A stretch of DNA of 64,000 nt from Alphaproteobacteria bacterium (GTDB lineage: Bacteria; Pseudomonadota; Alphaproteobacteria; SHVV01): contig OZ253470.1 of assembly GCA_965261735.1 (NCBI GenBank), positions 448,001 to 512,000 of the forward strand, given 5' to 3'. Positions 38,347-50,870 of the stretch are shown piece by piece. A program made the translations under genes and the position numbers. Each line of letters starts with the position of its first letter. Position 1 is the first letter of the stretch. The notes beneath the pieces were generated by a model that was not told the origin of the DNA, did not search any database, and saw nothing but the letters and a program-made list of their open reading frames with translations.

Positions 38347-39039
38347 TTAGCGCCGCTGATACTGCGTCTTGCCGAAGAGGGCCTCGCGGGAATCCTCATC
38401 GATCGGTCCGGCGCGGACCTCCTGCGCGAGGACCTGAAGCGCGCGTTGCACGGCGGGGCGCTCGTTGATGGCGTCGAACCAGCGCGCCACGTTGGGATAG
38501 TCGGCGCGGTCGACGCCGTGGCGATCAGGGCTTCTGAGCCATGGAAAGTTCGCGATGTCCGCGATCGAGTAATCGCCGGCCAGATACTCCGTTTCGGCGA
38601 GCCGGCGGTCGAGGACCGCGTAAAGGCGGTTGGCTTCGTTGGTGTAGCGATCGATCGCGTAGGGGAGCTTTTCGGGTGCGTATTGGCGGAAGTGATGCGC
38701 TTGCCCCAGCATCGGCCCGACGTTACCCATCTGAAACATCACCCATTGGATGACCTCGTAGCGCGGCGCGGGATCGCGCGGCAGGAACTGGTCGGTCTTG
38801 TCGGCGAGGTAGATGAGGATGGCCCCCGATTCGAAGAGCGACAGCAGCCGGCCGCCCGGGCCGTCGTGGTCGATGATTGCCGGGATTCGGTTGTTGGGGC
38901 TGATCTTCAGGAATTGGGGCTCGAACTGCTCGCCCTTGCCGATGTCGACCCCGTGGACCGTGTAGGGAAGGTCGCACTCCTCCAGCATGATATGGACCTT
39001 GTGCCCGTTGGGTGTAGGCCACGTGTAGACGTCGATCAT
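38347..39039 (-). CDS. Glutathione S-transferase family protein (YfcG-like)
   Basis: [35 protein letters not shown]. Confidence 0.92.
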   Translation of the reverse strand: MIDVYTWPTPNGHKVHIMLEECDLPYTVHGVDIGKGEQFEPQFLKISPNNRIPAIIDHDGPGGRLLSLFESGAILIYLADKTDQFLPRDPAPRYEVIQWVMFQMGNVGPMLGQAHHFRQYAPEKLPYAIDRYTNEANRLYAVLDRRLAETEYLAGDYSIADIANFPWLRSPDRHGVDRADYPNVARWFDAINERPAVQRALQVLAQEVRAGPIDEDSREALFGKTQYQRR

Positions 39040-39878
39040 GGTTTTCTTTCCGGCCGCGCGTGGGCCTCGGTTGCGAGGGACGCGGCCAGCGACCTCAGGT
39101 AGGTGATGCCCCGAATCGCGCGACTGCCATACCACGACACCATCTCGCCGTCGATGGCCACGAGCCGCACCCCGGCGCAGTCGTGCTCGGCGCGAAACGC
39201 CTCGATGTCGGGCGCTGCGAAGGCAAACGGCTCGCTGCTGAACAGGACCATGGAAGTGCGCGCGAGGAGTTCTCGCGTGATATCGATCGGGGGGTAGCGC
39301 ACGGAAGCGATCGCCGGCTCGGTGTCCCAGCGCGCCAGCGCGAGCGTGCGCGAGACATAGGTATCGCGCGAGACCGTCATCCACGGATCGCGCCATATCA
39401 GATACAGCACCCTTTGCCGTGGCCACCGGCCGGCCGCAGCTTCGAGTTCGTCGAGCGCGCGGCCGAAATCGCGGCACAATCCTTCGGCCTGCTCGGCGCG
39501 CCCGAAGATGCCACCGAGCAGGCGATAGAGGCCCAGATTGTCGCGCGGGCCCAGCGGGTGGGTCACGATGACGTGGGGCACGCAAGCCGCGATCGCGGCC
39601 GCCATGTCGGTGGTGTTCTCGTCGATATTGAGGATGACGTGCGTCGGCCGCAGCGCCTTGAGGCGGCCGAGCCGGATCTTCTTGGTACCGCCAACGCTGG
39701 GCACGGGTTTCGCGGCGTCCGGATGGACGCAGAAATGGGTGCGCCCGACGACCTGCGTCCCCAAGCCGAGATCGAACAGCAGCTCGGTGAGGCTCGGCAC
39801 CAACGACACGATGCGCGCCTCGGGACCAGCGGGAGCGTGCAGGGTGCCGGCGGCATCGATCAGGTCGGGCTCGCTCAT
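39036..39878 (-). CDS. BtuF-like helical-backbone metal/cobalamin-binding protein
   Basis: [40 protein letters not shown]. Confidence 0.85.
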   Translation of the reverse strand: MSEPDLIDAAGTLHAPAGPEARIVSLVPSLTELLFDLGLGTQVVGRTHFCVHPDAAKPVPSVGGTKKIRLGRLKALRPTHVILNIDENTTDMAAAIAACVPHVIVTHPLGPRDNLGLYRLLGGIFGRAEQAEGLCRDFGRALDELEAAAGRWPRQRVLYLIWRDPWMTVSRDTYVSRTLALARWDTEPAIASVRYPPIDITRELLARTSMVLFSSEPFAFAAPDIEAFRAEHDCAGVRLVAIDGEMVSWYGSRAIRGITYLRSLAASLATEAHARPERKP

Positions 39879-39957
39879 GAGGCGCCAGTCCCGCGTTCAG
39901 GGCGCCCGGCGTCCAATGACATGGCGACGGCAGGCAGCCCGTGCCATCCGACCGGTG

Positions 39958-41427
39958 CTATCCGTCCAGCTTCTTGCGCAGCGCCTCGTTGACGAGCTGG
40001 GGGTTGGCCTTGCCCTGGCTCGCCTTCATCACCTGGCCGACGAAGAAGCCGAACAGCTTGTCCCTGCCGGCCCGGTACTCGGCGACCTTGTCGGCGTGCT
40101 GCGCTAGGACCGTATCGATCTGGGCCTCGATAGCGCCCGCGTCGGTGACCTGTCGCAGGCCCTTCTCGGCGACGATCTCGCCCGCCGCGCGGCCCGAGGC
40201 GGCCATCTCCTCGAATACGTCCTTGGCGATGCGCCGCGAAATCGTGCCATCGGCGATGAGGTCGAGGAGGCCGCCGAGCGATGTCGCCGACACCGGCGAG
40301 GCCGCGATATCGTCGCCCGTGCGGTTGAGGACGCCGAACAGATCGCCCGTCACCCAGTTGGCGACGAGCTTGGCGTCGCGCCCCACGGCCACCGCCTCGA
40401 AAAAGTCGGACACTTCCTTCTCCGCCACCAGCACGCCGGCGTCGTAGGCGGAGAGGCCGAGCTCGTCGATGTAGCGCGCCCTCCTCGCGTCGGGGAGTTC
40501 GGGCAGGCTTTCGCGGATACGCTCGATGTAGTCTGGCGTCAGCTCCAGGGGCAGCAGGTCGGGGTCGGGTAAGTAGCGGTAGTCGTGGGCCTCCTCCTTG
40601 CTGCGCATGGTCCGGGTTACGCCGCGCGCCGCATCGAACAGCCGCGTCTCCTGGGCGACGGTCCCGCCGTCCTCCAGGGCTTCGATCTGGCGCCGCGCCT
40701 CGTAGTCGACCGCCTGCTGGACGAAGCGGAGGGAATTGAGGTTCTTGGTCTCGGTGCGGGTGCCGTACGCGGCCCCCGGGCGGCGCACCGAGACGTTCAC
40801 GTCGGCGCGCAGGTTGCCCTCCTCCATGTTGCCGTCGCAGGTGCCGAGATAGCGCACGATGGCGCGCAGCTTGCGTACATAAGCGGCGGCCTCCTCGGCC
40901 GAGCGCAGGTCGGGCTCGGACACGATCTCCATGAGCGCAACGCCGGCCCGGTTGAGGTCGACGAGCGTGGCGTCCGGGCGCTGGTCGTGCAAGCTCTTGC
41001 CGGCGTCCTGCTCGAGGTGCAGGCGGGTGATGCCGACCTCGCGCACGGCGCCGTCGGCGAAGTCAATCGTGACACGCCCCGCGCCGACGATGGGTTGGCT
41101 GTACTGCGAAATCTGATAGCCGGCCGGGAGGTCGGGGTAGAAGTAGTTCTTGCGGTCGAACACCGAGGTCAGGTTGATGGCGGCGTTCAACCCGAGGCCG
41201 GTGCGCACCGCCTGCTCGATACAGTGCTCGTTGATCACCGGCAGCGTGCCGGGCAGGGCCGCATCCACGGCCGAGACCTGCGAGTTGGGCACAGCACCGA
41301 ACGCGGTCGCCGCGCCCGAGAACAGCTTGGCCGAGGAGATGATCTGGGCATGGATCTCGATGCCGATCACCACCTCCCAGGCGCCACTCCCACCTTCAAT
41401 CAACGGTACGGGCGCCGACGCCGTCAT
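39958..41427 (-). CDS. gatB: Asp/Glu-tRNA amidotransferase subunit B
   Basis: [42 protein letters not shown]. Confidence 0.97.
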   Translation of the reverse strand: MTASAPVPLIEGGSGAWEVVIGIEIHAQIISSAKLFSGAATAFGAVPNSQVSAVDAALPGTLPVINEHCIEQAVRTGLGLNAAINLTSVFDRKNYFYPDLPAGYQISQYSQPIVGAGRVTIDFADGAVREVGITRLHLEQDAGKSLHDQRPDATLVDLNRAGVALMEIVSEPDLRSAEEAAAYVRKLRAIVRYLGTCDGNMEEGNLRADVNVSVRRPGAAYGTRTETKNLNSLRFVQQAVDYEARRQIEALEDGGTVAQETRLFDAARGVTRTMRSKEEAHDYRYLPDPDLLPLELTPDYIERIRESLPELPDARRARYIDELGLSAYDAGVLVAEKEVSDFFEAVAVGRDAKLVANWVTGDLFGVLNRTGDDIAASPVSATSLGGLLDLIADGTISRRIAKDVFEEMAASGRAAGEIVAEKGLRQVTDAGAIEAQIDTVLAQHADKVAEYRAGRDKLFGFFVGQVMKASQGKANPQLVNEALRKKLDG

Positions 41428-42902
41428 GCCGCCCACCAGCGCTCTGGGGTCACCGTGAAGGCGGCCGCGCGCTCGAGCACGTCGGCGACCCGGAGCACCG
41501 TCTCCTCGTCGAACGGCCGCCCCAAGAGCTGCAGCCCGAGCGGCAGGCCCTCGCTCGAGAGCTCGGCCGGCACCGAGATGCCGGGCAGCCCCGCGAGGCT
41601 CGCCGGCACGGTGAGGACATCGTTCAGGTACATCGCGATGGGATCGTCCGACCTCTCGCCGAAGCCGAAGGCCGCAAACGGCGTAGTCGGCGTCAGGATG
41701 ACGTCGGCGCGCTCGAAGGCGTTCTCGAAGTCGCGCGCGATCAGGGTGCGCACCTTCTGCGCCTTCAGGTAATAGGCGTCGTAGTAGCCGGCCGAGAGCG
41801 CGTAGGTGCCTATCAGGATGCGGCGCCGGACCTCGCGCCCGAAGCCGGCGGCGCGCGTCTTGGCGTACATCTCGTCGAGGGTCGGCGCCGGCTCGCGCAG
41901 GCCGTAACGGACGCCGTCGTAGCGCGCCAGATTGGACGAGGCCTCCGCGGGCGCCAGGACGTGATAGGCCGGAAGCGCGTATTTCGTGTGCGGCAGCGAC
42001 ACCTCGACGGGCTCGGCGCCGGCGTCCCTGAGCCAGTCGATGCCGCGCTGCCACAGCGCCTCGATCTCGGGCGGCGTTCCCTCGAGGCGGTACTCCGGCG
42101 GGATACCCACCTTGAGCCCGCGCACGTCACCCCTAAGCGCCGCCTCGTAGTCGGGTACGGGGACGTCGACCGAGGTCGAATCCTGGGCATCGAAGCTCGC
42201 CATGGCGCCCAGCATGATCGCCGCATCACGTACGGTGCGCGTCACTGGGCCCGCCTGATCGAGGCTCGAGGCGAAAGCGACCATGCCCCAGCGCGAGCAG
42301 CGCCCGTAGGTCGGCTTGAGGCCGACGACGCCGCAGAACGCCGCCGGTTGGCGGATCGAGCCGCCGGTATCGGTGCCGGTCGCGGCGAGCGCGATGCGCG
42401 CCGCCACCGCGGCGGCCGGGCCCCCGGACGAGCCCCCCGGGACCATCGGCCGGTTATCGCCGGGGCGCCGCCAGGGGTTCTCGACCGGCCCGAAATGGCT
42501 GGTTTCGTTCGACGAGCCCATCGCGAACTCATCCATGTTGGACTTGCCGAGCATCACCGCGCCGGCGCGCCACAGGTTGGCGGTCACCGTCGATTCGTAG
42601 AACGGCGTGAAATCCTCGAGGATGTGCGAGGCCGCGGTGGTGCGGATGCCCTCGGTGCAGAACAGGTCCTTGACCGCGATCGGGATGCCGTCCATGGCGC
42701 CGGCCTCGCCGCGCCGACGGCGCGCATCCGAGGCGGCGGCATCGGCGCGCGCGCGCTCGGGCGTGGGCGTGATCATGGTATTCAGCGCCCGCGCCTCGTC
42801 GATGGCCGCGATATGGGCTTCGGTGAGCTCGCCGGCGCTGAATTCGCCCGCGGCGAGGCCCTCGCGGGCCTCCGCCATAGTGAGATCCGTGAGCGCGCTC
42901 AT
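41424..42902 (-). CDS. gatA: Glu-tRNA amidotransferase subunit A
   Basis: Amidase signature [17 protein letters not shown]; SSNLARYDG. Confidence 0.97.
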   Translation of the reverse strand: MSALTDLTMAEAREGLAAGEFSAGELTEAHIAAIDEARALNTMITPTPERARADAAASDARRRRGEAGAMDGIPIAVKDLFCTEGIRTTAASHILEDFTPFYESTVTANLWRAGAVMLGKSNMDEFAMGSSNETSHFGPVENPWRRPGDNRPMVPGGSSGGPAAAVAARIALAATGTDTGGSIRQPAAFCGVVGLKPTYGRCSRWGMVAFASSLDQAGPVTRTVRDAAIMLGAMASFDAQDSTSVDVPVPDYEAALRGDVRGLKVGIPPEYRLEGTPPEIEALWQRGIDWLRDAGAEPVEVSLPHTKYALPAYHVLAPAEASSNLARYDGVRYGLREPAPTLDEMYAKTRAAGFGREVRRRILIGTYALSAGYYDAYYLKAQKVRTLIARDFENAFERADVILTPTTPFAAFGFGERSDDPIAMYLNDVLTVPASLAGLPGISVPAELSSEGLPLGLQLLGRPFDEETVLRVADVLERAAAFTVTPERWWAA

Positions 42903-42921
42903 CGGCTCGCGGCCTCCACGC

Positions 42922-43209
42922 TCACTCCACGACCGTGGGGACGACGAAAAAACCGCCCGACGCGTCCGGCGCGTTGGCCAGCACCTCCTCCTGGCGCTCC
43001 CCGTCCGTCACCACGTCGGCGCGGCGGCGCAAAGTGGTGGCGACGGCGCTCGTCATCGGCGGCACCTGGTCGGTATCGACCTCTTCGAGTTGCCCGATCC
43101 AGGTCAGGATGTTGTCGAGCTCGCCGGCGAGGGGCTCGAGGTCGGCGTCGGCGACGGCAATACGAGCGAGCTGCGCGATATGGCGTACGGTGGCTTTATC
43201 GACCGACAT
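42922..43209 (-). CDS. gatC: Amidotransferase subunit C
   Basis: [17 protein letters not shown]...LANAP...FFVVP; directly upstream of gatA. Confidence 0.95.
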   Translation of the reverse strand: MSVDKATVRHIAQLARIAVADADLEPLAGELDNILTWIGQLEEVDTDQVPPMTSAVATTLRRRADVVTDGERQEEVLANAPDASGGFFVVPTVVE

Positions 43210-43309
43210 GTGCCACGTTTCGAGCGCCGGATCGAGACAACCCGAACGGCCCAAACCCCTTGATAAAGTGCGACTCTGCGGAAGAATCGCGCGGAACCTA
43301 GCACCCGTC

Positions 43310-43804
43310 ATGACGCTCCGCAAGCCTGCCGAACTGGCCGCATCGCTTGAGCCCGGAGAGCGCCTGATGGGCCTCGATGTCGGGTCCAAAACCATTGGCA
43401 TCGCGCTCTCGGACCCGCGCCTCGTCATCGCCAGCGCGCGCGCGACGATCAGGCGCGGCCGCTTCCGCGACGATGCCCACGCGCTGTTCGAGATGATCGA
43501 GGCCGAAGGCGTGGGCGGCCTGGTTATCGGCCTCCCCATCAACATGGACGGCGGCGAAGGGCCACGGTGCCAGTCGGTGCGCCAATTCGCGGCCAATCTG
43601 ATGGAGTTGCGCGACCAGCCGATCGCGTTCTGGGACGAGCGCCTGTCGACGGTGGCGGCCGAGCGCGCGCTCATCGAGGCCGACGTCTCGCGCCGCCGGC
43701 GCGCCCGCCTGATCGACAAGGTGGCGGCCGCGGTCATCCTCCAGGGCGCGCTCGACTTCCTCGCCGGCCGGAGGGAACCTGGGGGCAGCGCCGAACGGCA
43801 CTAG
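43310..43804 (+). CDS. ruvX: YqgF/RuvX-family pre-16S rRNA nuclease
   Basis: [38 protein letters not shown]. Confidence 0.93.
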   Translation: MTLRKPAELAASLEPGERLMGLDVGSKTIGIALSDPRLVIASARATIRRGRFRDDAHALFEMIEAEGVGGLVIGLPINMDGGEGPRCQSVRQFAANLMELRDQPIAFWDERLSTVAAERALIEADVSRRRRARLIDKVAAAVILQGALDFLAGRREPGGSAERH

Positions 43805-45084
43805 CAGGCTGCTGAAAAAGTCATCATTGCCGGGCCTTGAACTCGGATTCATCGCCGAAATGAAATGAGATTTCGTGTCTTAGGGTGAAACCGTCTTCAA
43901 TCTCGACCGATCCGATGCCCTGGGCTTCGTCCAGTTCGATGATCTGCCACTTTGCGGTCAGCGGCGTGCCGGCATCGCCCATCATGTTGGCGCCTCCGCC
44001 AGCAGTCTGGGTAGTCGGACGAGGTTGTAGGCGGCCAAGGCCAGGGTGAACGAAGCGTCGACCCGGTGGCGGCCCCGGAATTTGGTCTTGCTCAATCCCG
44101 CGCTCGTCTTGACCCAGCCGAAGACCTCCTCGATGCGCTTGCGGCAACGTTGGCTGACGCCGTAACCGGGATGGCGCGTCGTGCGCCCGTCTATCTTGGT
44201 CTTGCGCCGCTTGCCGGTCTTGGTGACGTGGTCCTGGACGGCGATATGGGGGGTCACCTTGCGGTGCCGCAGTTCCTCGACAAAATCCGCGACGTCAAAA
44301 CCCTTGTCCCCGCCCACCGTGATCCGACGCCGCCCGCCTCTACTCTCCACCGGGCGATGCCTGTCGATCAGATCAAGGGCGGCTTCGCGTTCCGCCGTGC
44401 CCGACGCAATGGTCACGCCGCCGCCGACTGCCAGACCATGGCGGTTCTCCGTCAGCGCATGGCCCATGTAACACAGCTTGCTTTCCCGGCCATTACCCTT
44501 GCGATAAAGCCGGGCGTCCGGATCAGTGGTGCTTGCATGGGTCGCGTTCGAGCGTTTCTCGCCATGAAAATCCCGCGCGGCGTTGCGCCCCGATCCCCCG
44601 TCGCCATCGTCCTCACCTTTGGGACGAAAGCTCTTCATCGACGCCCAGGCCTCGATCAATGTTCCGTCTACCGAAAAATGATCCCGGCTCAATAGTCCCC
44701 CTACCTTGTGGTGCTGGATAACCCCCGCAAGCAGCTGCCCCGAAACCTCCGCCTCCAGAAGACGGTCCCGGTTGTGGCAGAACGCGCTGGCGTCCCACAC
44801 GCCATCGTCCAGCCCAAGCCCCACAAACCAGCAAAACAGCATGTTGAAGTTTAGCTGCTCCATCAGCTGACGCTCCGAGCGGATCGAATAAAACGCCTGC
44901 AACAGTAACGCTCGAAGAAGCTTCTCCGGCGGGATCGATGGGCGACCCATGTGGGAATAAAGCGTCTCGAACTCCGAAGATAGAGACCCCAATACGTCGT
45001 TCACGATCTCACGGATCAGACGCAGCGGATGATCATCCGGAACACGCTCTTCCAAGTCTACGTAGCTGAATAAATTGCCACTGC
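43805..45084 (-). mobile_element. IS5-family copy 2, left end and transposase start removed at the IS1595 junction
   Basis: Near-identical reverse complement of copy 1; IR at 43805 after CTAG; transposase remnant 43982-45084 starts at SGNLFSY. Confidence 0.92.
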
Positions 45085-46146
45085 CTTGCCTATCCGGTTT
45101 ACACCCACACCCACTAGGGCTAGAATGGGCGCAACCCGGATATAGGGGAGCGCGCCATGGATGTTCTCGACCGCGCCGATCTCCCATTCCGGCCTGCGCC
45201 GCCTACCTGGAGAAAGCCCGCTGGGGAGACGGCTTTGCCTGCCCGCACTGCGGCACGGCGGGAGAGCCGTTCCACTTTGAAAACCGCCCTGGCGTCCTGC
45301 GCTGCCGCAAGTGCCGCCAGAACACCGGGCTGACGGTGGGAACAGTGATGGAGCGTAGCCACACTCCGCTGAACGTCTGGTTCTGGGCCGCTTATCTGGT
45401 CGCCAGTCAGACGCCCGGCATGTCCGCCGTGCAGTTTCAGCGGCAACTTGGTCTTTCGCGCTACGAGACGGCCTTTCAAATTCTCCACAAGCTCCGCTCG
45501 GGCATGGTGCGGCCCAACCAAGACAGGATCGGTGGACAGCCCAAGAACCATGTTGAGGTGGACGAAACCTGGGTTGGCGGGCGAACGCGTGGGGAAGGCC
45601 GTGGTGTTCACCACAAGGTTCCCGTCTCCTGTGCCATCGAGGTGCGTCATCGAAAGCCGGGCACCAAGCTCGACAACCGGAAAGACGGACGCTATGCCGG
45701 ACGCGTTCGGCTCGCCGTCGTGCTCGACCGTAGCGCCGAGTCGCTCTGTGGGTTCGTCGAGAGCACCGTCGCGCCGGGATCGCTGATCGTTACTGACGAT
45801 TGGAGCGGCTACGCTGGCCTCGGTAAGCGCGGCTATGAGCACTTCGCTGTTGCCGAGTGTGGTGATCCAGAGGTTGCCGAGCAATACCTGCCGATCATCC
45901 ATCTGGTTTTCGCCAACCTGAAGACGTGGCTGATCGGTATCCACCACGGCGTTAGCCACCAGCACCTACAAGCCTACCTCAACGAGTTCACCTTCCGCTT
46001 CAACAGGCGGTTCTACCCGTTCAACGCCTTCCGCTCATTGCTCGGCATCGCGGGCGACACCTCTGCTCCAACCTATGCCGAGCTTTACTCGGGAGAGTGG
46101 TGGCACCCTACATGTAGCGGTCATGGGCGTTAACCGGATAGGCAAG
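45085..46146 (+). mobile_element. IS1595-family copy 2 with 43-bp internal deletion (transposase frameshifted)
   Basis: Both IRs present; 1062 bp versus 1105 bp; deletion near 45190; flanks GCCACTGC and CATTATTC differ. Confidence 0.92.
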
Positions 46147-46153
46147 CATTATT

Positions 46154-46902
46154 CTAGTGGATGGCGTGGCCGGCGACGTGACCGCCGTCGACGTTCAGGG
46201 TTGCGCCCGAAATGAAGCCGTTGTTGGCCAGCATCAGGGCGGCGTCGGCAACCTCATCAGGTTCACCGATGCGACCGAGGAGGTGGAGCCCGGCCAGGCT
46301 GTCCACATCCTCGATTCCGTTCCTGGCATGTATGGGGTGCGAATGATGCCCGGTGCGATCGTGTTGACGCGGATATTGTCGGGCCCGAATTCAGCGGCCA
46401 GTTGGCCGGCGAGCGCGTGAACCGCACCCTTGCTGGCGATGGCCGCCGAAACCGGCACGCCGGTAAGAGCGTGATCGACCAGCACCGTGCCGATGTTGAC
46501 GATGGCGCCGCCGCCGGCGGTCTTCATGTGGGGGATGACGGCCTGGCTCAAGAAATAGGGGCCTTTGAGATTAACGTCCAGGAAACGGTCCAGGTGGTCC
46601 TCGTCCACCTCCAGGAAGGGGCGCGGCTCGAACAAGCCAGCGTTGTTGACAAGAACGTCGATCCGCCCGAAACGGGCCACGGCGGCGTCGACCAGGCGTT
46701 CGCGGTCGGCGGCGACGGCGACGTCGCCTGCTAGCGCCAGTACCCGCTCCGGCTTGCCGATGGCGGCGCCGGCGGCATTCAGGCGGTTAACGTTCCGGCC
46801 GCTCAGGACCACATTGTATCCGTCGCGCGCGAAGGCCTCGGCGATGGCGCGGCCGAGGCCGCTACTGGCGCCGGTGATGATGGCTGTTTTCCTATCTGAC
46901 AT
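46154..46902 (-). pseudogene. Short-chain dehydrogenase/reductase, frameshifted near 46333
   Basis: TGASSGLG, NNAG, IRVNTIAPG; tail LGRIGEPDEVA...GATLNVDGG lies in another frame ending at 46154. Confidence 0.85.
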
Positions 46903-47000
46903 GAGAAGCTCCTCCCTTCGGGTTGGCGGTTGCGAGTTGCTTGACCCAGACATAAGGAGGCTTGTATGTGTCGAGAATAGCTATAATGTTTAAAACACTC

Positions 47001-47015
47001 TTGCGCAATTCGCAA
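47001..47015. promoter_or_regulatory. Putative LysR binding box
   Basis: TTGCG-N5-CGCAA dyad containing T-N11-A, between divergent SDR and LysR genes. Confidence 0.6.
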
Positions 47016-47043
47016 AAATCTCTGCGCCAGGATGGTGGCTAAT

Positions 47044-47955
47044 ATGGATCGCCTGGAAACCATCGAACTGTTCGTGACGGTGGTGGAGACAGGCTCGTTC
47101 TCGGAGGCGGGCCGGCGTTTGGGTCACGCGCCCTCGGCCGTCTCGCGCCGTATTGACGACCTCGAACGCTGGATGGGGGCCAACCTGTTCTATCGCAGCA
47201 CCCGGCGTCTTTCGCTTACCGAGGTCGGCCGAGCGTTTCATGGCCGCAGCCGGCAGATCCTGCTGGATTTAGAGGAGGCGCGCGTGACTTCCGCGCAAAC
47301 AACGGACCATCCCACCGGCACCATTCGTATGACCACCTCGGCCAGTTTCAGCCCGTGCTTGATCGGCGCCATGCGCGACTTCGAGGCACGGTGGCCGGGG
47401 GTGAGCATCATCGCCAACATCACCGATCGACTGGTGGACCTGGTGGGCGAAGGTCAAGACTTGGCTATCCGCATTGGTCGGCTCGAGGATTCGCCCTTGC
47501 GCGCGCGGCTGCTCGGCCGCGCCGACAGACTGGTTTGCGCGAGCCCCGCTTACCTGAGGGCGCACGGCCTGCCCGAGACGCCGAGTGATCTCGCGGACTT
47601 GGAGTGCCTCACCTTCCGGTCCGCCCCTGGCCACAGCGTGTGGTGCTTTCGCGAGGGACGGCGGCGCACCGAAGTACGAGCCAGCGGGCGATTTTATTGC
47701 GATGACGGGCGGCTCCTGGTGCAGGCCGCGCGACAGGGGATGGGCATCGTGCTGGCGCCGCGCTGGCTCCTCGGCGCCGACCTCGCGACCGGCCAGCTCA
47801 TTTCCCTGCTGCCCGGCTTCGTGCCCGATCCTTCGGACACCCCGGTTCACGCGGTTCACGCCTACACGCGCTTTGTGCCCCCAAAGGTGTGCGCTTTCGT
47901 TGATTTCCTCGCCCAGCGTTTCCGAGACGAGCGCGAATGGGCAGGAATCGAGTGA
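47044..47955 (+). CDS. LysR-family transcriptional regulator (CrgA-like)
   Basis: GSFSEAGRRL...SAVSRRI..LE HTH, RSTRRLSLTE, DLAIRIG. Confidence 0.93.
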   Translation: MDRLETIELFVTVVETGSFSEAGRRLGHAPSAVSRRIDDLERWMGANLFYRSTRRLSLTEVGRAFHGRSRQILLDLEEARVTSAQTTDHPTGTIRMTTSASFSPCLIGAMRDFEARWPGVSIIANITDRLVDLVGEGQDLAIRIGRLEDSPLRARLLGRADRLVCASPAYLRAHGLPETPSDLADLECLTFRSAPGHSVWCFREGRRRTEVRASGRFYCDDGRLLVQAARQGMGIVLAPRWLLGADLATGQLISLLPGFVPDPSDTPVHAVHAYTRFVPPKVCAFVDFLAQRFRDEREWAGIE

Positions 47956-48449
47956 GCGCGGCACGCGGCAGGCAGCCAAGTGAGCGAAGGCGTGACCGAA
48001 AGCCCGGCGTCGTGGCGATCCCGCCGCTGATCTATCTTGCGGCCCTCGCGCTTGGGGTCGTCCTTGACACGGCTTGGCGCGCGGCGCTGCTGCCAGCCCC
48101 GGCGCAATACGCCCTCGGCTTCACCCTCATCGCCGCCGGCATGGCGATCGTGCCTTTCGTCCTCCCCCACTACCGCCGGGCCGGAACGCCGTTCGACGTG
48201 CGCAGGCCGGCCGGTGCGCTGGTGACGGTCGGCGCCCATCGTTTCTCGCGCAACCGAGGCTACCTGGCGATGACGCTCGCCTACGCGGGCATCGCCTTTG
48301 CTGCCGACAACTTCTGGATGCTGGTCCTGCTGCCCCCCTTGCTCCTGGTCATGCATTTCGGCGTGATCATGCGCGAGGAGCGCCACCTGGAGAGCCGCTT
48401 TGGCGACGACTTCCGGCGCTACAGGTCGCAGGTCCGGCGCTGGCTGTGA
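47952..48449 (+). CDS. Isoprenylcysteine carboxyl methyltransferase/PEMT-family membrane protein
   Basis: PPLIY, LVTVGAHRFSRN..YL, EERHLESRFG, VRRWL; start uncertain. Confidence 0.8.
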   Translation: MSAARGRQPSERRRDRKPGVVAIPPLIYLAALALGVVLDTAWRAALLPAPAQYALGFTLIAAGMAIVPFVLPHYRRAGTPFDVRRPAGALVTVGAHRFSRNRGYLAMTLAYAGIAFAADNFWMLVLLPPLLLVMHFGVIMREERHLESRFGDDFRRYRSQVRRWL

Positions 48450-48569
48450 GGGTGCACCGCAACTGATCGCCAGGGCGCCGACGCTCTGGCCGCGGGTAGT
48501 GTCCTAGACACTACCTGGCCGCGCACGGCCTTGCGCGGCGCTCCCACGCGGGCGTATAGTCGCCCTTTA

Positions 48570-49562
48570 ATGACCGGCCCCGCGGCGATCGCCTTTCCTC
48601 ACCGCCACTTGCTTGGCATCGAGGGTCTGTCCCCCGACGAAATCACGCTCCTGCTCGACATCGCCGAGAGCTACGTCGAGCAGAACCGGCAGATCGACAA
48701 GAAGCAGTCGCTGCTGCGCGGGCGCACGCAGATCAACCTGTTCTTCGAATCCTCGACGCGCACCCGCACGTCCTTCGAGCTCGCCGGTAAGCGCCTTGGC
48801 GCCGACGTCATCAACATGTCGGTCGAGGGCTCGTCGATCAAGAAGGGCGAGACGCTGGTCGATACGGCGATGACGCTGAACGCCATGCACCCCGATGCCC
48901 TCGTGGTGCGCCATGGCGACTCGGGCGCCGTCGAGCTCCTGTCTCAGAAGGTCGACGGCGCCGTCATCAACGCCGGCGACGGCAGCCACGAGCACCCGAC
49001 CCAGGCGCTTCTGGATGCCCTCACCATTCGCCGCCGTAGGGGCCGCGTCGGCGGCCTCACCGTGGCCATTTGCGGCGACATCCTGCACAGCCGCGTGGCG
49101 CGCTCCAACATCCTACTCCTCAACACCCTGGGCGCGCGCACGCGGGTTGTGGCGCCGCCGACGCTACTGCCGGCGGCGATCGAGCGGCTCGGGGTCGAGG
49201 TCTACCACGACATGCGCGAGGGCCTGCGCGACTGCGACATCATCATGATGCTGCGGCTTCAGGCCGAGCGTATGCACGGCACGTTCGTGCCCTCGGTGCG
49301 CGAGTATTTCCGCTTCTGGGGCCTCGACAAGGACAAGCTCGCGGCGGCCAAGGACGATGCCCTGGTCATGCATCCCGGACCCATGAACCGCGGCGTCGAG
49401 ATCGATACGGAACTCGCGGACGACATCGACCGCAGCGTCATTCGCGAGCAGGTCGAGATGGGCGTTGCCGTGCGCATGGCATGTCTCGACGTGCTCACGC
49501 GCCCGCTCGCCAATCGCGGCGCCGAGCCCTCGGCCTTGCGCATCGGGGCGGGGGCGCCATGA
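48570..49562 (+). CDS. pyrB: Aspartate carbamoyltransferase catalytic subunit
   Basis: [32 protein letters not shown]. Confidence 0.97.
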   Translation: MTGPAAIAFPHRHLLGIEGLSPDEITLLLDIAESYVEQNRQIDKKQSLLRGRTQINLFFESSTRTRTSFELAGKRLGADVINMSVEGSSIKKGETLVDTAMTLNAMHPDALVVRHGDSGAVELLSQKVDGAVINAGDGSHEHPTQALLDALTIRRRRGRVGGLTVAICGDILHSRVARSNILLLNTLGARTRVVAPPTLLPAAIERLGVEVYHDMREGLRDCDIIMMLRLQAERMHGTFVPSVREYFRFWGLDKDKLAAAKDDALVMHPGPMNRGVEIDTELADDIDRSVIREQVEMGVAVRMACLDVLTRPLANRGAEPSALRIGAGAP

Positions 49563-50866
49563 GCGAAGGCAAGCGGCGAGCCTTTGTCAATGCACGGCTC
49601 CTCGACCCCTTGAGCGCGACCGATCAGCCGGGAGCGCTGTTGGTCGACGGTGATGTGATTGCCGACGTCGCCCACGACCTGTTCGCCGACGGGGTGCCCG
49701 AGGGCATCGAAGTGGTTGATTGCGCGGGCCACTGCCTGTGCCCCGGTCTCATCGACATGCGCGCGTTCCTCGGCGAGCCGGGCGCCGAGCACAAGGAAAC
49801 GCTCGCCACCGCCAGCCACGCCGCAGCGGCCGGCGGCATCACCACCCTCGTGGCGATGCCCGACACCGAGCCGGTGATCGACGACATCGCCCTGGTCGAA
49901 TATATCGGGCGCCGCGCACGCGACACCGCGATCATCAACATCCTCCCCATGGCCGCCGTGACCAAGGGCCTCAGGGGGGCGGAAATGACCGAGATCGGTA
50001 TGCTCGCCGAGGCCGGCGCGGTCGGGCTCACCGACGGGCAGCGCGCGGTCGCGGACCCCGCGCTGATGCGGCGCGCGCTCAGCTACGCCTCGCATTTCGG
50101 CCTCCTCATCATGCAGCATGCGGAGGACGAGCGCCTCGTCGGCGCGGGCTGCATGAACGAAGGCGAGGTCGCGACGCGCCTTGGTCTCCCCGGAATCCCG
50201 GCCGCCGCCGAGACCACCATGGTCGAGCGCGACATCCGGCTGGTTGAGCTTACCGGCGGCCGCTACCACGTCGCCAGCGTCTCCACCGCCGACGCCGTGG
50301 CGTCGATCGGCGCGGCCAAGGAGCGCGGCGCGGGGGTGAGTTGTGCCGCCGCACCCACCCACTTCGCGCTCAACGACACCGCCGTCGGCGACTACCGCAG
50401 CTTCGCCAAGACCTCGCCGCCGCTGCGCGGCGAAGAGGACCGGCGCGCGCTCGTCGAGGGTTTGAAGAACGGCACCATCGAGGTCATCGCCAGTAGCCAC
50501 ACGCCGCAGGATCAGGAGGAGAAGCGCCTGCCCTTCGCCCAGGCGGCATACGGCGTGGCCGGTCTCGAGACCTTGCTGCCGCTCGCGCTCGAGCTGTACC
50601 ACAACGCCCATTTGCCGCTGCTCGACGTGCTCCACACGATGACGGCGGCGCCCGCCGCTCTGCTCGGCCTCGACGTCGGTTGTCTACGGCGCGGCGCGCC
50701 GGCCGATCTCGTGGTGTTCGATCTCGACGCCCCGTGGCGCGTCGACGCCGATCGCTTCCGCAGCAAATCCAAGAACTCGCCCTTCGACGGCCGCCCGGTG
50801 CAAGGACGTGCCCTCACCACGGTGGTCGCCGGCGCCACGGTTTACGTGCTGGACGGAAGCGCGTGA
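49559..50866 (+). CDS. pyrC: Dihydroorotase-like protein (PyrC'-type, lacks HxH)
   Basis: [27 protein letters not shown]; ATGA overlap with pyrB. Confidence 0.92.
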   Translation: MSEGKRRAFVNARLLDPLSATDQPGALLVDGDVIADVAHDLFADGVPEGIEVVDCAGHCLCPGLIDMRAFLGEPGAEHKETLATASHAAAAGGITTLVAMPDTEPVIDDIALVEYIGRRARDTAIINILPMAAVTKGLRGAEMTEIGMLAEAGAVGLTDGQRAVADPALMRRALSYASHFGLLIMQHAEDERLVGAGCMNEGEVATRLGLPGIPAAAETTMVERDIRLVELTGGRYHVASVSTADAVASIGAAKERGAGVSCAAAPTHFALNDTAVGDYRSFAKTSPPLRGEEDRRALVEGLKNGTIEVIASSHTPQDQEEKRLPFAQAAYGVAGLETLLPLALELYHNAHLPLLDVLHTMTAAPAALLGLDVGCLRRGAPADLVVFDLDAPWRVDADRFRSKSKNSPFDGRPVQGRALTTVVAGATVYVLDGSA

Positions 50867-50870
50867 ACGC

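Noticed and set aside
43982-46133. ORFs 43982-45187 and 45075-46133 as intact transposases
   Set aside because: Their N-termini come from the neighbouring IS or a shifted frame; native starts are lost or out of frame
49559-50866. Loss of the HxH zinc motif in PyrC as a sign of decay
   Set aside because: Inactive PyrC'-type subunits next to pyrB are well known in proteobacteria
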